From a virus (lineage: Duplodnaviria > Caudoviricetes), in the IMG/VR virus record IMGVR_UViG_3300035181_000446, positions 1 through 39,628 of that record: 39,628 nt of DNA; one strand, given 5' to 3'. Shown piece by piece: positions 26,030 to 36,198 of the stretch (position 1 is the first letter of the stretch; each line of letters begins with the position of its first letter). A program made the position numbers and the translations under genes. The notes below the pieces were generated by a model. That model was not told the origin of the DNA and made no database searches. It was given only the letters and a program-made list of their open reading frames with translations.

Positions 26030-27504
26030 GTATCCCTATTTCTTCTATTATCCGCATCAACCCCGGTGTGCTGTCGGCGGCGGGTAGCGCGGTTGATCTT
26101 AACGGACTAATCCTGACGCAAGACAACGCCGTGCCGATGGGCGAGGTTAAGTCGTTCGTGTCGGCTGCTGACGTTGGTGCGTTTTTCGGTCTGACCAGCA
26201 CCGAATACGGTATGGCTCAAACCTACTTTGCCGGGTTCGTCAATGGCACAAAAACACCGGGCTTGCTGTATTTCGCGCAGTTTAACCCGGCGGCTGAGGC
26301 TGGCTACATGCGCGGCGCAAACCTTGGCACGATGACGTTAACGCAGCTCAAGGCGTTATCGGGCATGCTTACTGTCAGTGTCGACGGCGTGGCTAAAACG
26401 TCAAGCGCAATCAATTTGACAGCGGCAACCAGCTTTAGTAATGCAGCGACGATCATTCAAGCCGCATTCACTTCGCTGGGTGGTACGGTCACTTACGACC
26501 AGCAACGCAACGCCTTCAAATTTACCAGCTCAACCACTGGCGCAACATCTACTGTATCGTTCGCCACTGGCACGCTATCGGCAGGCTTGATGCTGACGGC
26601 GGCAACGGGGGCGGTAACGTCGGCAGGTGCAGCCATTGCAACACCAGCAACGTTTATGCCGGGCATTATCGCCACAACACAAAACTGGGCATTGTTTACG
26701 ACGACGTGGGAATCACTCCTAGCTGAAAAACAGGCGTTTAGCGACTGGACGGCAAGTGTTGCGCCTCGCTTTGGTTACGTCGGCATGGACTCGGATGTTA
26801 ACGCGCTGACATTGGGCAGTACCGCTACATGGGGCTACTACCTGCAATCGGGCAATGTGTCAGGCTCTATCCCTGTATTCGGGGATGCAACCGCCACGGC
26901 GTTTGTATTGGGCTTTGCCGCATCCCTTGATTTTGACCGCTTGAATGGTCGGGCAACAGCAGCGTTTAAGCAGGGTAGCAACGTCACGCAAACCGTTGTG
27001 ACGCAAGCGGCGGCTGATGCGCTCAAGGGCAACGGGTACAACTACTATGGCAATTACGCCACGGCAAATGACCAATTCGTGTTTTTCTATCCTGGCAGCG
27101 TGGCAGGCATCTGGAAGTGGCTGGACTCGTATCTCAATCAGATTTGGTTAAATGCTAACCTGCAATACTCGATCATCAATCTGATGGTTGGTGTAACGTC
27201 AATCCCCTACAACGCGGACGGTTACGCGCTGATTTATGCAGCCTGCCAAGACCCCATCGAAGCGGCGGTTAACTTCGGCGCAATCCGTCGGGGCGTGGTG
27301 TTGTCGCAAAGCCAAAAGGCGCAAATGCAGTCAGTGCTGGGCGTGGATGTGTCGGCGGTCATGAGCGAGAAAGGCTGGTATCTGCAAATCCAACCAGCAA
27401 CCGCAGCTATCCGGGCAGCACGGTCTAGTCCGGTGATGACGCTCTACTATATGGATGGCGGCTCTATCCAGTCTGTAACCCTTGCAAGCATTGAGGTGCA
27501 ATAA
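26026..27504 (+). CDS. Tail sheath protein (DUF3383-like)
   Basis: 492 aa; I.PGVL.A.G, GYNYYG.Y, W.DSY.NQIWL and IPYN..G motifs. Confidence 0.88.
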   Translation: MSIPISSIIRINPGVLSAAGSAVDLNGLILTQDNAVPMGEVKSFVSAADVGAFFGLTSTEYGMAQTYFAGFVNGTKTPGLLYFAQFNPAAEAGYMRGANLGTMTLTQLKALSGMLTVSVDGVAKTSSAINLTAATSFSNAATIIQAAFTSLGGTVTYDQQRNAFKFTSSTTGATSTVSFATGTLSAGLMLTAATGAVTSAGAAIATPATFMPGIIATTQNWALFTTTWESLLAEKQAFSDWTASVAPRFGYVGMDSDVNALTLGSTATWGYYLQSGNVSGSIPVFGDATATAFVLGFAASLDFDRLNGRATAAFKQGSNVTQTVVTQAAADALKGNGYNYYGNYATANDQFVFFYPGSVAGIWKWLDSYLNQIWLNANLQYSIINLMVGVTSIPYNADGYALIYAACQDPIEAAVNFGAIRRGVVLSQSQKAQMQSVLGVDVSAVMSEKGWYLQIQPATAAIRAARSSPVMTLYYMDGGSIQSVTLASIEVQ

Positions 27505-27935
27505 TGGCAACAATTACCAGTGCTAACAGCACGTTAGCCATCTCGATTACCGGATTGTTCCAATCGCCACAGAACATCAAGGGCTATGCCGCTGATGACG
27601 CTTTTACGGCTGAGGCGCTCGAAATGGCAGAAGTGGTCATGGGTGTTGATGGGCATCTGTCAGCGGGTTTTGTGTTTAGCCCGGTCAAACAAACGATTAC
27701 CCTCATGCCTGATAGCCCCTCCATTCCGTTTTTTGATACATGGGCAAGTGCGGAAAAGGCGGTTAAGGAAAAGTACGCGGCAAATGCAACTGCCCTACTT
27801 CCAGCCGTCGGCAAAAAATACACCCTCACCAATGGCTACCTGACCACAGCCCCCGCCATGCCGTCCGTTAAAAAGACGCTGCAACCGCAGGTGTACGTGA
27901 TTACATGGGAGCGCGTAACAGGTGAGGCGGCATAA
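27504..27935 (+). CDS. Tail tube protein (DUF3277-like)
   Basis: 143 aa after the sheath; GYAAD.AF and MGVDG.LSAG motifs. Confidence 0.8.
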   Translation: MATITSANSTLAISITGLFQSPQNIKGYAADDAFTAEALEMAEVVMGVDGHLSAGFVFSPVKQTITLMPDSPSIPFFDTWASAEKAVKEKYAANATALLPAVGKKYTLTNGYLTTAPAMPSVKKTLQPQVYVITWERVTGEAA

Positions 27936-28330
27936 TGGCTAGACGTACCGAGACATTTACCGCTACCGACGGGCGTGACAAGGGGAAAGTGTTTCTCATT
28001 ACCGAAATGAGCGCTTATGCCGCTGAACGCTGGGCAATCCGTGCCGTGTTTGCAATGGGTAAAGCTGGCGTGGAAATCCCCGAAACATCGGGCGGCATGG
28101 CATCCATTGCGGGGAATATCCTTGGCGCGGTGCTGCACATGCAGTTCGAGGATGCCGAGCCACTGCTCAATGACATGCTAGGATGCGTGCAAGTAGTGCC
28201 TGATGCTAAAAATCCAACACTGACCCGCGCATTGTTTGAGGACGACATTGAGGAAGTTCCGACGCTTATCAAGTTGCGCCGTCATGTTTTTGAGCTGCAC
28301 ACCCTTTTTTTGACAGCCGACAGTCAATAG
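27935..28330 (+). CDS. Tail assembly chaperone
   Basis: Between tube and tape measure; GRD.GKVF.ITEM.A motif; slippery T TTT TTG at 28306-28312. Confidence 0.8.
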   Translation: MARRTETFTATDGRDKGKVFLITEMSAYAAERWAIRAVFAMGKAGVEIPETSGGMASIAGNILGAVLHMQFEDAEPLLNDMLGCVQVVPDAKNPTLTRALFEDDIEEVPTLIKLRRHVFELHTLFLTADSQ

Positions 28331-28542
28331 ACTTCGGGGTTCATGTGCCGAATCAGGTGCGGGGATTGGTCGAATACACCAATCTTCCCCGCACCATTGG
28401 GACAATCGTTTCGAGCAGACTTGCGACATTGCACGAACTCCAAACGGTTTATGGTCTGGTGGATTTGTGGGACATGCTAGAGATAAACGCCGTGGACACA
28501 CACAACCAAAATAGGATGAGCGAATATGCCAACAGTCATTGA
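28306..28542 (+). CDS. -1 frameshift extension of the tail assembly chaperone
   Basis: The -1 frame is open from the slippery site through ORF 28345-28542 (LATLHELQTVYGLVDLWDMLE). Confidence 0.75.
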   Translation, partial: FFDSRQSIDFGVHVPNQVRGLVEYTNLPRTIGTIVSSRLATLHELQTVYGLVDLWDMLEINAVDTHNQNRMSEYANSH

Positions 28543-30199
28543 CAGCCTGCTGATAACCCTTGGTTACGACACGTCGGGATTGCGTCGGGGTCAGGCTGAT
28601 GCAGGGCAGTCGCTCGATAATCTCGACAAAGCCAGCGACAAGCACGCCAAGGCGCAAGCAGCGCGATCTAAGGCGATGGCGGACGGCTTCAACAAGGTCA
28701 AAAACGAAATCGTCAGCATGGTGGCGGTGCTGGTCGGGGCGAACTCCATAAAGGGGTTTGTGGCTGACACGGTATCAGCACAGGCGGCATTGGGCAGGAT
28801 GGCGCTTAACCTAGGCACGTCGGGGCGAGAGCTGGACGCATGGGGCGCGGCGGTCGAGTCGGTTGGCGGGAAGAAATCCGATTTTCAAGCATCGGCGCAG
28901 GCTATCGCGGGTACGCTCGAAGAGATCAAAGCCACGGGTAACGCGCCCCCGGCATTTATGGGCGCAATGAATGCGCTCAATGTCAGTATGCTGGATGCTA
29001 AGGGCAACATGCGTGATGTATCCGACATCATGGGGCAAATCAATAAGGGCTTGCAAAACCGAAACCTGACCGAACAAGACAAGATGTATCTCGCCAATGC
29101 CTTGGGGCTGGATGCGGGTACGTTTAATCTGTTGCGGCAGTCTCCCGAAAAGGTGCAGGCGCTTATCGATAAAATGCGCAACTTGTCCGGCGTGTCCGAG
29201 GATGGCGCGAAAGTCACGGAACAGATGCAGGAAAAGTGGTCGGTGTTTAAGCAGTCGATTGACGGCTTGATGACGGGGGCGTTTATCAGAGTTGCGCCGG
29301 AACTTGAAAGGATAATGGACTCATCGGAGCGGCTAGCGGATTCGTGGATTGGAAAATTAGTGCCAGTTATTAAAGATGGTGCGGAATGGCTTGGAAAGTT
29401 GGCTGATAAATTAACGGCGGTCAGCGAAGCAACAGGCGCTGAATCTACTATCGACACTCGCGGTCAAGGGCTTTTTGATGACCCGCTGACCGTTGGAGAG
29501 AGAGCTAGCAACGCTTGGTTGGGAATCAAGCAATACTTCGGTTATGCTAAGGATGAAAAGCCTATCGCGCCCCCGCCATTTGTTCCGACTCCGGCAGAAT
29601 CGGCAGCACCACTTGGTAGTAAAGAAACATGGGCAAAAAATCCCAACGCCAACGCGATGTTTTCATCGCTCGAAAAGCAGCGTGGGCTACCGTCTGGCTT
29701 ACTGGATAGCGTTTGGTTACAAGAGTCGCAGCGCGGAAACCCTAAATTTATGCACAGCAGCGCAGGCGCTCAAGGTCACTTCCAATTTATGCCGGAAACG
29801 GCTCAAGCTTACGGATTGAAAAACCCCAATGATCTGAGCGAATCCGCCGATGCTGCAAGCCGCTATTATGCCAAGCTCATCAAGATGTTTAAGGGCGACA
29901 CATCGGCGGCACTGGCTGGTTACAACTGGGGAGAAGGAAACGTCCAAAAAGCAAAATCCCGGTACGGCTCAGATTGGTTATCCCACGCCCCCGCTGAAAC
30001 ACGCGGCTATGTGCATGACATTACCTCGCGCATGGGGTCAGGTGGCGCTAGTGCTGGCAACACATCCAGCGTATCCACCAACATCCAAAACATGACGATT
30101 AACACGCAAGCCACGACAGCCGATGTGATGTTCAAGGATATGAAGGCGGCATTGCAGAGACAAGCAGCAGTCTACTCACACGCAGCGGGGGCGCAATAA
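28526..30199 (+). CDS. Tape measure protein with C-terminal lytic transglycosylase (SLT) domain
   Basis: Ala-rich helical N-terminus; QES...SSAGAQG.FQFMP.TA..YG and ALAGYNWGEG...ETRGYV SLT motifs. Confidence 0.9.
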   Translation: MPTVIDSLLITLGYDTSGLRRGQADAGQSLDNLDKASDKHAKAQAARSKAMADGFNKVKNEIVSMVAVLVGANSIKGFVADTVSAQAALGRMALNLGTSGRELDAWGAAVESVGGKKSDFQASAQAIAGTLEEIKATGNAPPAFMGAMNALNVSMLDAKGNMRDVSDIMGQINKGLQNRNLTEQDKMYLANALGLDAGTFNLLRQSPEKVQALIDKMRNLSGVSEDGAKVTEQMQEKWSVFKQSIDGLMTGAFIRVAPELERIMDSSERLADSWIGKLVPVIKDGAEWLGKLADKLTAVSEATGAESTIDTRGQGLFDDPLTVGERASNAWLGIKQYFGYAKDEKPIAPPPFVPTPAESAAPLGSKETWAKNPNANAMFSSLEKQRGLPSGLLDSVWLQESQRGNPKFMHSSAGAQGHFQFMPETAQAYGLKNPNDLSESADAASRYYAKLIKMFKGDTSAALAGYNWGEGNVQKAKSRYGSDWLSHAPAETRGYVHDITSRMGSGGASAGNTSSVSTNIQNMTINTQATTADVMFKDMKAALQRQAAVYSHAAGAQ

Positions 30200-30843
30200 T
30201 GTCATTGATACCATTTCCCAACGTGCCAAAAGTGCCGGGCGTGCCGAACGTTCCGCGCTCAGTAACCAATGCCGTGACGGGGATTTATCGGGCATTGGGT
30301 GGCGACTTGTTCGGGCTGATGGATTTATTCAGCCCGTCGAAGTGGCAGATTCTCACGGCTGGCGGACAACCTGCGCTAACCCCTGATTCGGTGATGGGGT
30401 TGGAATACAAAGGCGAAGCCAAGATAGCTACACACCCCGTCGAAAACGGCAGTTTTGCGGCTTACAACAAAGTCGCTATTCCGTCCGACCTGCATATCGT
30501 TATGACCTGCGGCGGTATGGGGCAAATGACACGGGCGGGTTTTCTTATTGCGCTCGAAGCCATGAAAAATAGTCTGTTGCTGTATTCGGTCGTGACACCT
30601 GACGCGACTTACCCTAGAATGAATCTCATTAACTACAGCTATCGGCGCACGGCAAAAAACGGAGTGAGTATGTTGACAGTTGAGGCAAGTTTCCAAGAGG
30701 TGCGTGAATCCGCCGTGATTGGCTACTACTCCACCAAAACACCAGCAGCACAGGACAAGCAAGGCATCGGCACGGTGCAGGCTGATGATATAACCGTTAC
30801 TGCCATCCCCGCTGATGGAAGCCACACGGTAACATCAAGATGA
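30199..30843 (+). CDS. Baseplate / tail tube initiator protein
   Basis: Follows tape measure; HPVENGSF..YNKV..P and VVTP...Y motifs. Confidence 0.75.
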   Translation: MSLIPFPNVPKVPGVPNVPRSVTNAVTGIYRALGGDLFGLMDLFSPSKWQILTAGGQPALTPDSVMGLEYKGEAKIATHPVENGSFAAYNKVAIPSDLHIVMTCGGMGQMTRAGFLIALEAMKNSLLLYSVVTPDATYPRMNLINYSYRRTAKNGVSMLTVEASFQEVRESAVIGYYSTKTPAAQDKQGIGTVQADDITVTAIPADGSHTVTSR

Positions 30844-30905
30844 TTACCGTTATCATTATTGTGCTGGCAGTTGTTTTTTACTTCAATTGGCAGTATTACC
30901 CGTGA
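30840..30905 (+). CDS. Putative 21-aa hydrophobic micropeptide
   Basis: MITVIIIVLAVVFYFNWQYYP; ATGA overlap upstream and GTGA overlap downstream. Confidence 0.45.
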   Translation: MITVIIIVLAVVFYFNWQYYP

Positions 30906-31207
30906 AAAACATCCCACTGTTGCCCATCGCTTCACAAGACCTTTATGTCTCGCTAGACCAGCAGTCGTGTGAAATATCCGTTTATCAAAAAAGCACGGGT
31001 GTTTATTTGGACTTGTCTGTGGACGGCGTGGCGGCGGCAACTGGCATCCTTTGCCGTGACCGGGTACGTATCATCCGTTACGGTGGCTTGTCGGGTGATT
31101 TGATGTTTGTCGATACACAAGGATTTGATGACCCTGATTATACCAGCCTTGGCAGCCGCTGGTTACTCCTCTACTTGCAGCCTAGCGAGGTGCGGTCATG
31201 GCTCTAA
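30902..31207 (+). CDS. Baseplate protein
   Basis: IPL.P..SQ.L.V.L and GDL.FVDTQG..DP.Y..LG.RW.L.Y motifs; gene order. Confidence 0.75.
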   Translation: MKNIPLLPIASQDLYVSLDQQSCEISVYQKSTGVYLDLSVDGVAAATGILCRDRVRIIRYGGLSGDLMFVDTQGFDDPDYTSLGSRWLLLYLQPSEVRSWL

Positions 31208-32058
31208 TCGAGCGGGAAATCCGCGTTGTGTTGGCACTGGCATCTGGCGGGAAAAACTCCATACTCTCGCTGTCAGGTCATCGGGTTGAAGCCATCGTCG
31301 ATAATCCTGGCGGATTGCACGCAATGGATACGCTGAACCTACGCATTTTCGGCATGAAACTTGCGGACATGAATAACTTCGCTACCAATACCCTGCAAGC
31401 CCTCAGTATTCGTGGCGATTCCGTAACCGTGTTGGCTGGCAATGTCGGAGGCGCAATCTGGCAGGTGTTTGAAGGGACAATCATAAAAGCCTACACAGAT
31501 TTTTCAGCGTCCCCTGATTCGAGCTTTAACATTTTTGCCCAATCCGGCTACCGCAACCGAGCGCAACCCATCGCCCCCGCGTCCTATTCCGGCTCTGTGC
31601 CTGTGGCGGACGCTATCAAGGCTATCACTGAGGGCATGGGCTATACGTTCGTCAATAATGGTGTGACGGCTAGGCTATCCAATCAATACGCACCCGGTAG
31701 TGCTATGCAGCAAATCCAACGGCTCACGCAGGCAGCAGGCGTGGCGTACAGCGTGAGCAACAAAACAGTGAGTATCTGGCCTAACGGCGCGGCGCGTAAC
31801 AATACGCCCATCATCCTTAGCGCGGATACTGGCATGATCGGATACCCAGCATTTACCCCTGCAGGAATTGAAGTAAAAGCAGAGTTTGACGTTAACCTAG
31901 CTTACGGCGCTTTGGTAGATTTGCGCTCCATCGTCGGCAATGCTACTGGCAAATGGTTTTGTCTGGCAGCACGTCATGAGTTGGCGGCGCAACTTCCCGG
32001 CGGTACATGGCAGTCATCGCTAAAACTTAACAGGTCACTTTATGCTCCAAGAGCTTAA
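31198..32058 (+). CDS. Baseplate hub protein
   Basis: LRIFGM, VF.G.I..A and TGMIGYP motifs; precedes the spike gene. Confidence 0.78.
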   Translation: MALIEREIRVVLALASGGKNSILSLSGHRVEAIVDNPGGLHAMDTLNLRIFGMKLADMNNFATNTLQALSIRGDSVTVLAGNVGGAIWQVFEGTIIKAYTDFSASPDSSFNIFAQSGYRNRAQPIAPASYSGSVPVADAIKAITEGMGYTFVNNGVTARLSNQYAPGSAMQQIQRLTQAAGVAYSVSNKTVSIWPNGAARNNTPIILSADTGMIGYPAFTPAGIEVKAEFDVNLAYGALVDLRSIVGNATGKWFCLAARHELAAQLPGGTWQSSLKLNRSLYAPRA

Positions 32059-32626
32059 CACCAACCTCACACCCTCGGACTTGACCAGCCCACAGAATGA
32101 GGCGCAATTCATCATTCGGTCACTGCTGGGCGATGTGCGCACATCTATGCCCGTCAAAGTAACCAAGGTCACAAACGCAGGCGACGCGGCAGCAATTGGG
32201 CGCGTGGACATCATGCCGCTGGTTGGGCAACTGGACGGTGACGGGCAGCTTATCCCGCATGGCACTATTTACGACGTGCCATACCTGCGGCTGCAAGGCG
32301 GTGGCAATGCGGTCATCATTGACCCAGTAGTGGGTGATATTGGCATTGCCCTGTTTTGTGATCGGGACATATCGGCGGTCAAGGCATCCAAAGATTCGGC
32401 GCAGCCCGGCAGTCTGCGAAAACATGACATGAGCGATGCGGTATACTTGGGGGCTATACTGTCAGCAGCTCCGACGCAATACATCCGGTTTAGCGCCAGT
32501 GGTATTGAGATAGTAGCGCCTACGGTAACTATCCCCAATACACTGATAGTGGGCGGCAAAAACGTTAACACCCACACCCACGGCGGCATTAGATCGGGAA
32601 CGGAAACTTCGGGAGGTATGTCTTGA
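32042..32626 (+). CDS. Baseplate spike protein (gpV/Gp138-like)
   Basis: VPY.RLQGG..A.I.DP.VGDIG...FCDRDIS OB-fold motif and terminal HTH metal-binding tip. Confidence 0.85.
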   Translation: MLQELNTNLTPSDLTSPQNEAQFIIRSLLGDVRTSMPVKVTKVTNAGDAAAIGRVDIMPLVGQLDGDGQLIPHGTIYDVPYLRLQGGGNAVIIDPVVGDIGIALFCDRDISAVKASKDSAQPGSLRKHDMSDAVYLGAILSAAPTQYIRFSASGIEIVAPTVTIPNTLIVGGKNVNTHTHGGIRSGTETSGGMS

Positions 32627-32940
32627 AAACATTATTGCTTGACCGGGATAAATGGGATTTGGTGCTTGATTCGTCGGGAAATATCGCCCTTGCGGACAAC
32701 CCCTACGCCGTTGCTCAAAACGTTTCGAGCGCGTGCCGGACTTTTGCGGGTGAGTGCTGGTACAATACCGCTATCGGCGTGCCTTATTGGGATATTCTAG
32801 GGCAATTGCCACCGCGTCAATTTGTCAAATCGGCGCTTGAAAACGAAGCGTTACGCGTGCCAGAGGTGGGAATGGTTGAATTCGAGGATTTGCAGGTCGT
32901 GAATAGACAACTGATTGATTTAGGAGTGTCGTTTAAATGA
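32623..32940 (+). CDS. Baseplate wedge subunit (gpW/gp25-like)
   Basis: WDL.LD..GNIA, AVAQ.V and F.GECWY...G.PY motifs. Confidence 0.75.
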   Translation: MKTLLLDRDKWDLVLDSSGNIALADNPYAVAQNVSSACRTFAGECWYNTAIGVPYWDILGQLPPRQFVKSALENEALRVPEVGMVEFEDLQVVNRQLIDLGVSFK

Positions 32941-34157
32941 CGATTGCCACCACAGTGCCACCGTTAACATTTACAGCCACGGGCGTGGTTTTACCCCAAG
33001 AGTCCGCCATCCTTGAAGGCGTGCTGACTGACATTGATACCGCATTCGGGGGTGGGCTGGATAAGTCGCTGACCACGCCGCAGGGGCAACTTGCACAATC
33101 CATGACAGCCATTATTGGGGATGCAAACGACCAGATTATTCACGCGATTAACTGCCTTGACCCCAATACGGCAGACGGGCGTTATCAAGATGCTATCGGG
33201 CAGATTTATTTTTTAACACGCATCGCGGGAACGGGAACTATTGTTACCGTATCTTGTTGGGGTGCGGTAGGCACGGTCATCCCCGCTGGGGCTATCGTGC
33301 TGGATTCGTCGGGGTACAAATACTATGCCACGGCATCCGGCACTATCGGCGCTGGCGGAGTGGTTAGTATCCCGTTCCAAAACGGCGAACACGGCGCTAT
33401 CCCCTGCCCTGTCAACGCCATTACGACAATCTACACGCCAGTCATCGGCTTGGAGTCCGCCAGCAATCCTAGCACATCGGGCGTGGTCGGGAGGCTGGCA
33501 GAATCACGGGCAGAATTTGAAGCACGGCGCAAACTGTCGGTCGGGAAAAACTCAATCAATGCGCTAAACTCGATTTACGCCGCGTTGCTTGAAGTTCCGG
33601 GCGTAACGGATGCGTATGTGGTCGACAACCCCACGGCAGCGGCGGTAGCGACTGGTGCAACGTCCTATTCAATCCCCGCTTACAGCCTGTTTGTGTGCGT
33701 GTACGGCGGTCTAGCGGCTGATGTTGCAAAAGCCATTTGGGATAACAAGCCACCCGGCTGCCCGATGACTGGCGGCACGACTTACACCATTACTGATGCC
33801 AACTACAGCACCCCTGCCCCCACCTACCTGATGAAGTGGGTAACGCCAATGGTGCAGGCGATAACGTTTGAGATCAGTATCAAGGCAAACACGGGCTTGC
33901 CGTCTAACATTGTGCAGCTCGTTAAAAACGCGGTGCTATCAGCGTTTAGCGGTCAGGATGGCGGCGAACGTGAGCGGATTGGAAAAACGGTGTATGCAGG
34001 TCGCTACTATCAAGGTATCTACGCAATCAGCCCACTGGTGCAAATCCTGACGCTCGGCGTCGGTTTCGCCCCCGGCAGTACCACGACGGCGCGTACTATC
34101 GGGATTGACCAAATACCATCAACGGCTGACTTTAACATTCTGGTCACGGTCGTATGA
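32937..34157 (+). CDS. Baseplate J-like protein
   Basis: TPQGQLA, DP..A.G..QDAIG, G...ES...F..RR and VPGV..A.V..N motifs. Confidence 0.88.
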   Translation: MTIATTVPPLTFTATGVVLPQESAILEGVLTDIDTAFGGGLDKSLTTPQGQLAQSMTAIIGDANDQIIHAINCLDPNTADGRYQDAIGQIYFLTRIAGTGTIVTVSCWGAVGTVIPAGAIVLDSSGYKYYATASGTIGAGGVVSIPFQNGEHGAIPCPVNAITTIYTPVIGLESASNPSTSGVVGRLAESRAEFEARRKLSVGKNSINALNSIYAALLEVPGVTDAYVVDNPTAAAVATGATSYSIPAYSLFVCVYGGLAADVAKAIWDNKPPGCPMTGGTTYTITDANYSTPAPTYLMKWVTPMVQAITFEISIKANTGLPSNIVQLVKNAVLSAFSGQDGGERERIGKTVYAGRYYQGIYAISPLVQILTLGVGFAPGSTTTARTIGIDQIPSTADFNILVTVV

Positions 34158-34690
34158 TTAATTACCGCGATACGCTGCTAGCCCAATACGCCAATAGCCC
34201 GACTATTACGGCGCTGGTTGATTATGCTGATCAGTGGTTTGCACCTGATGACACGCTGGATGCCCTGTATGATAACGTGATTAACGTCATGACAGCGCAG
34301 GGCTTCGGGCTGGACATTTGGGGGCGCATTGTCGGTGTTGGGCGCGAACTCAATATTCCCGTTCCCGGTGGTTTTTTCGGGTGGAACGATTTGGGGTTTG
34401 GTCAGGGCGTGTTTTATTCCGGCGTGTCTTCCTCGACGATGTTTAGCCTGTCAGACGATGCGTACCGTCGTGTGATACTTGCAACGGCAGCGGCAAATAT
34501 CAGCCCCGGCACAGTGCCTAGCATCAACGCCATACTGAGGATGTTATTTGGTGCGCGTGTCTGGTGTCAGGACAACTATGATATGACCATGACCATTGTC
34601 ACCAATGGCACACTAGACGTAACCGAAACCGCTATTTTAAACGCTGGCATCATCCCGCGCCCCGCTGGCGTGCAACTGATTGTAACGTGA
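34154..34690 (+). CDS. Baseplate wedge protein (DUF2612-like)
   Basis: QYANSP, TAQGFGLDIWGRIVG..R, LSDDAYR and PRPAGV motifs. Confidence 0.85.
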   Translation: MINYRDTLLAQYANSPTITALVDYADQWFAPDDTLDALYDNVINVMTAQGFGLDIWGRIVGVGRELNIPVPGGFFGWNDLGFGQGVFYSGVSSSTMFSLSDDAYRRVILATAAANISPGTVPSINAILRMLFGARVWCQDNYDMTMTIVTNGTLDVTETAILNAGIIPRPAGVQLIVT

Positions 34691-34697
34691 GGCAGCT

Positions 34698-35408
34698 ATG
34701 CTACTAAGTAATATCCCCGCATTTTTGACCAAAGTTTGGAACTCGACAGGCGTTAACCGCCGCTCTATCCCTGTTGAGTCATCGCCTACGCCGGGACAGG
34801 CATCGTATACGGACGGTTTCCCGCCCATCACGTTTTTAGCCCCCGGTGCGGGTGGCATCAACGTGTCAGGGCAGGATTTCCAGGGCATCATGTACGACAT
34901 CACGCAGCGCGAGCAGTGGGCGCAGGCAGGTTGCGGGTATCCCTACAGCGCTACGTTTAGTGCGGCGATCGGCGGCTATCCAAAAGGGGCGACAATCCCC
35001 AAGGAGGGCGGTAACGGCTGGTGGAAAAGCACCGTAGATGGCAACACCACCAACCCAGACACTGGGGGCGCTGGCTGGGATAGTATGGTCGATGATACGA
35101 CCATGAAGAGCGGGTATGCATCAAGTCAGGCAACGAATGGCTATATCAAGCTGCCCGTGTGGCTGGGCGGCTGGATTGTGCAGTGGTCAAGCATTGCCAT
35201 TGCCGTTACCGCCAACACGCCAGCCGCGTATACATGGACGTTCCCACTAACGTTTCCGACAGCGTGCCTTTTCGGCATAGCAGGGGCAGGCAATCAGGTT
35301 ACATCGTCGTGGACTGTGGAGGGGCTATCTGCAAATCAGCTAAGCGGGTTTTGCCAGTACAATACGTCCATCACGCTAATCGGGCGGCTTTTTGCCATAG
35401 GTAAATAA
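34698..35408 (+). CDS. Short tail fibre / baseplate-attached fibre protein
   Basis: AS...GFPPIT...GG....QDF.GI and AIGGYPKGA N-terminal anchor; NGYIKLP...IVQW...TFP..FP...AIG C-terminal module. Confidence 0.82.
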   Translation: MLLSNIPAFLTKVWNSTGVNRRSIPVESSPTPGQASYTDGFPPITFLAPGAGGINVSGQDFQGIMYDITQREQWAQAGCGYPYSATFSAAIGGYPKGATIPKEGGNGWWKSTVDGNTTNPDTGGAGWDSMVDDTTMKSGYASSQATNGYIKLPVWLGGWIVQWSSIAIAVTANTPAAYTWTFPLTFPTACLFGIAGAGNQVTSSWTVEGLSANQLSGFCQYNTSITLIGRLFAIGK

Positions 35409-35410
35409 AC

Positions 35411-35626
35411 ATGAAAATTTACAGCGGCGATAAAAAAGGCGTTCCAGCTCCGACGCAAGCCCCAACGTACATGAAGGGGGATAAGGGCGACAAGGGCGAT
35501 ACTGGCGTGGTACAGGAGATCATCGCAGGCACGAACATAACAGTAGACAACTCAGACCCGCATCGACCCGTTATTGCTTCAACAGGCGGTGGCGGTTCAT
35601 CATCATGGAATTTGGAACAGTGGTAA
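35411..35626 (+). CDS. Small fibre-associated protein with short collagen-like motif
   Basis: KGDKGDKGDTG, I.AGTNIT.D..DP..P.I and terminal WNLEQW. Confidence 0.7.
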   Translation: MKIYSGDKKGVPAPTQAPTYMKGDKGDKGDTGVVQEIIAGTNITVDNSDPHRPVIASTGGGGSSSWNLEQW

Positions 35627-35633
35627 TTAAATT

Positions 35634-36194
35634 ATGACAGCAGTGAGTTTTAACAAAGTAACAGCCCTGCCCGGCACTCCGGCAAACAGCGCAATCTATT
35701 ACATTGCCAGCGCAACGGCTGGCGTAGTTGATGAGATCGTTACATCAACTACGGGTACGACGCGGCAAGTAGCACCAGTCGGGTCAGTAGCGCCACCGCT
35801 GACAACGGCAGTGACTAGCACGGCTGGCACGTCAGACATACGCGCAAGGGCTGACCATAGCCACGGTTTGGCTGCTATACCAGCAACCACAACGGCAACC
35901 ACTCAAGCGGTGGGTAATGACTCTACGTTGGTAGCGACAACGGCGTATGTGCTGGCAAACAAGGCTACGACTGTTGCACCGTTGATAAGCGGCGCATCTG
36001 GCGCGGTTGGCACGTCAACACTGTTTGCTAAAGCAGATCATCAACACTACATGCCATCGTCATTTGTTTTGCCGGATGGCGTGACCGCAACCACGCAGGC
36101 AGCAGCAGACAATACAACCAAAGTGGCTACAACTGCATTTGTCACGGCAGCAGTTGCAGCATCGGGCGCAACATGGACAACAGAGGCTTGGTGA
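35634..36194 (+). CDS. Tail fibre-like protein with internal duplication
   Basis: Two copies each of GTS...A.ADH.H and TATTQA....T.VATTA.V fibre motifs. Confidence 0.75.
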   Translation: MTAVSFNKVTALPGTPANSAIYYIASATAGVVDEIVTSTTGTTRQVAPVGSVAPPLTTAVTSTAGTSDIRARADHSHGLAAIPATTTATTQAVGNDSTLVATTAYVLANKATTVAPLISGASGAVGTSTLFAKADHQHYMPSSFVLPDGVTATTQAAADNTTKVATTAFVTAAVAASGATWTTEAW

Positions 36195-36198
36195 TTTT

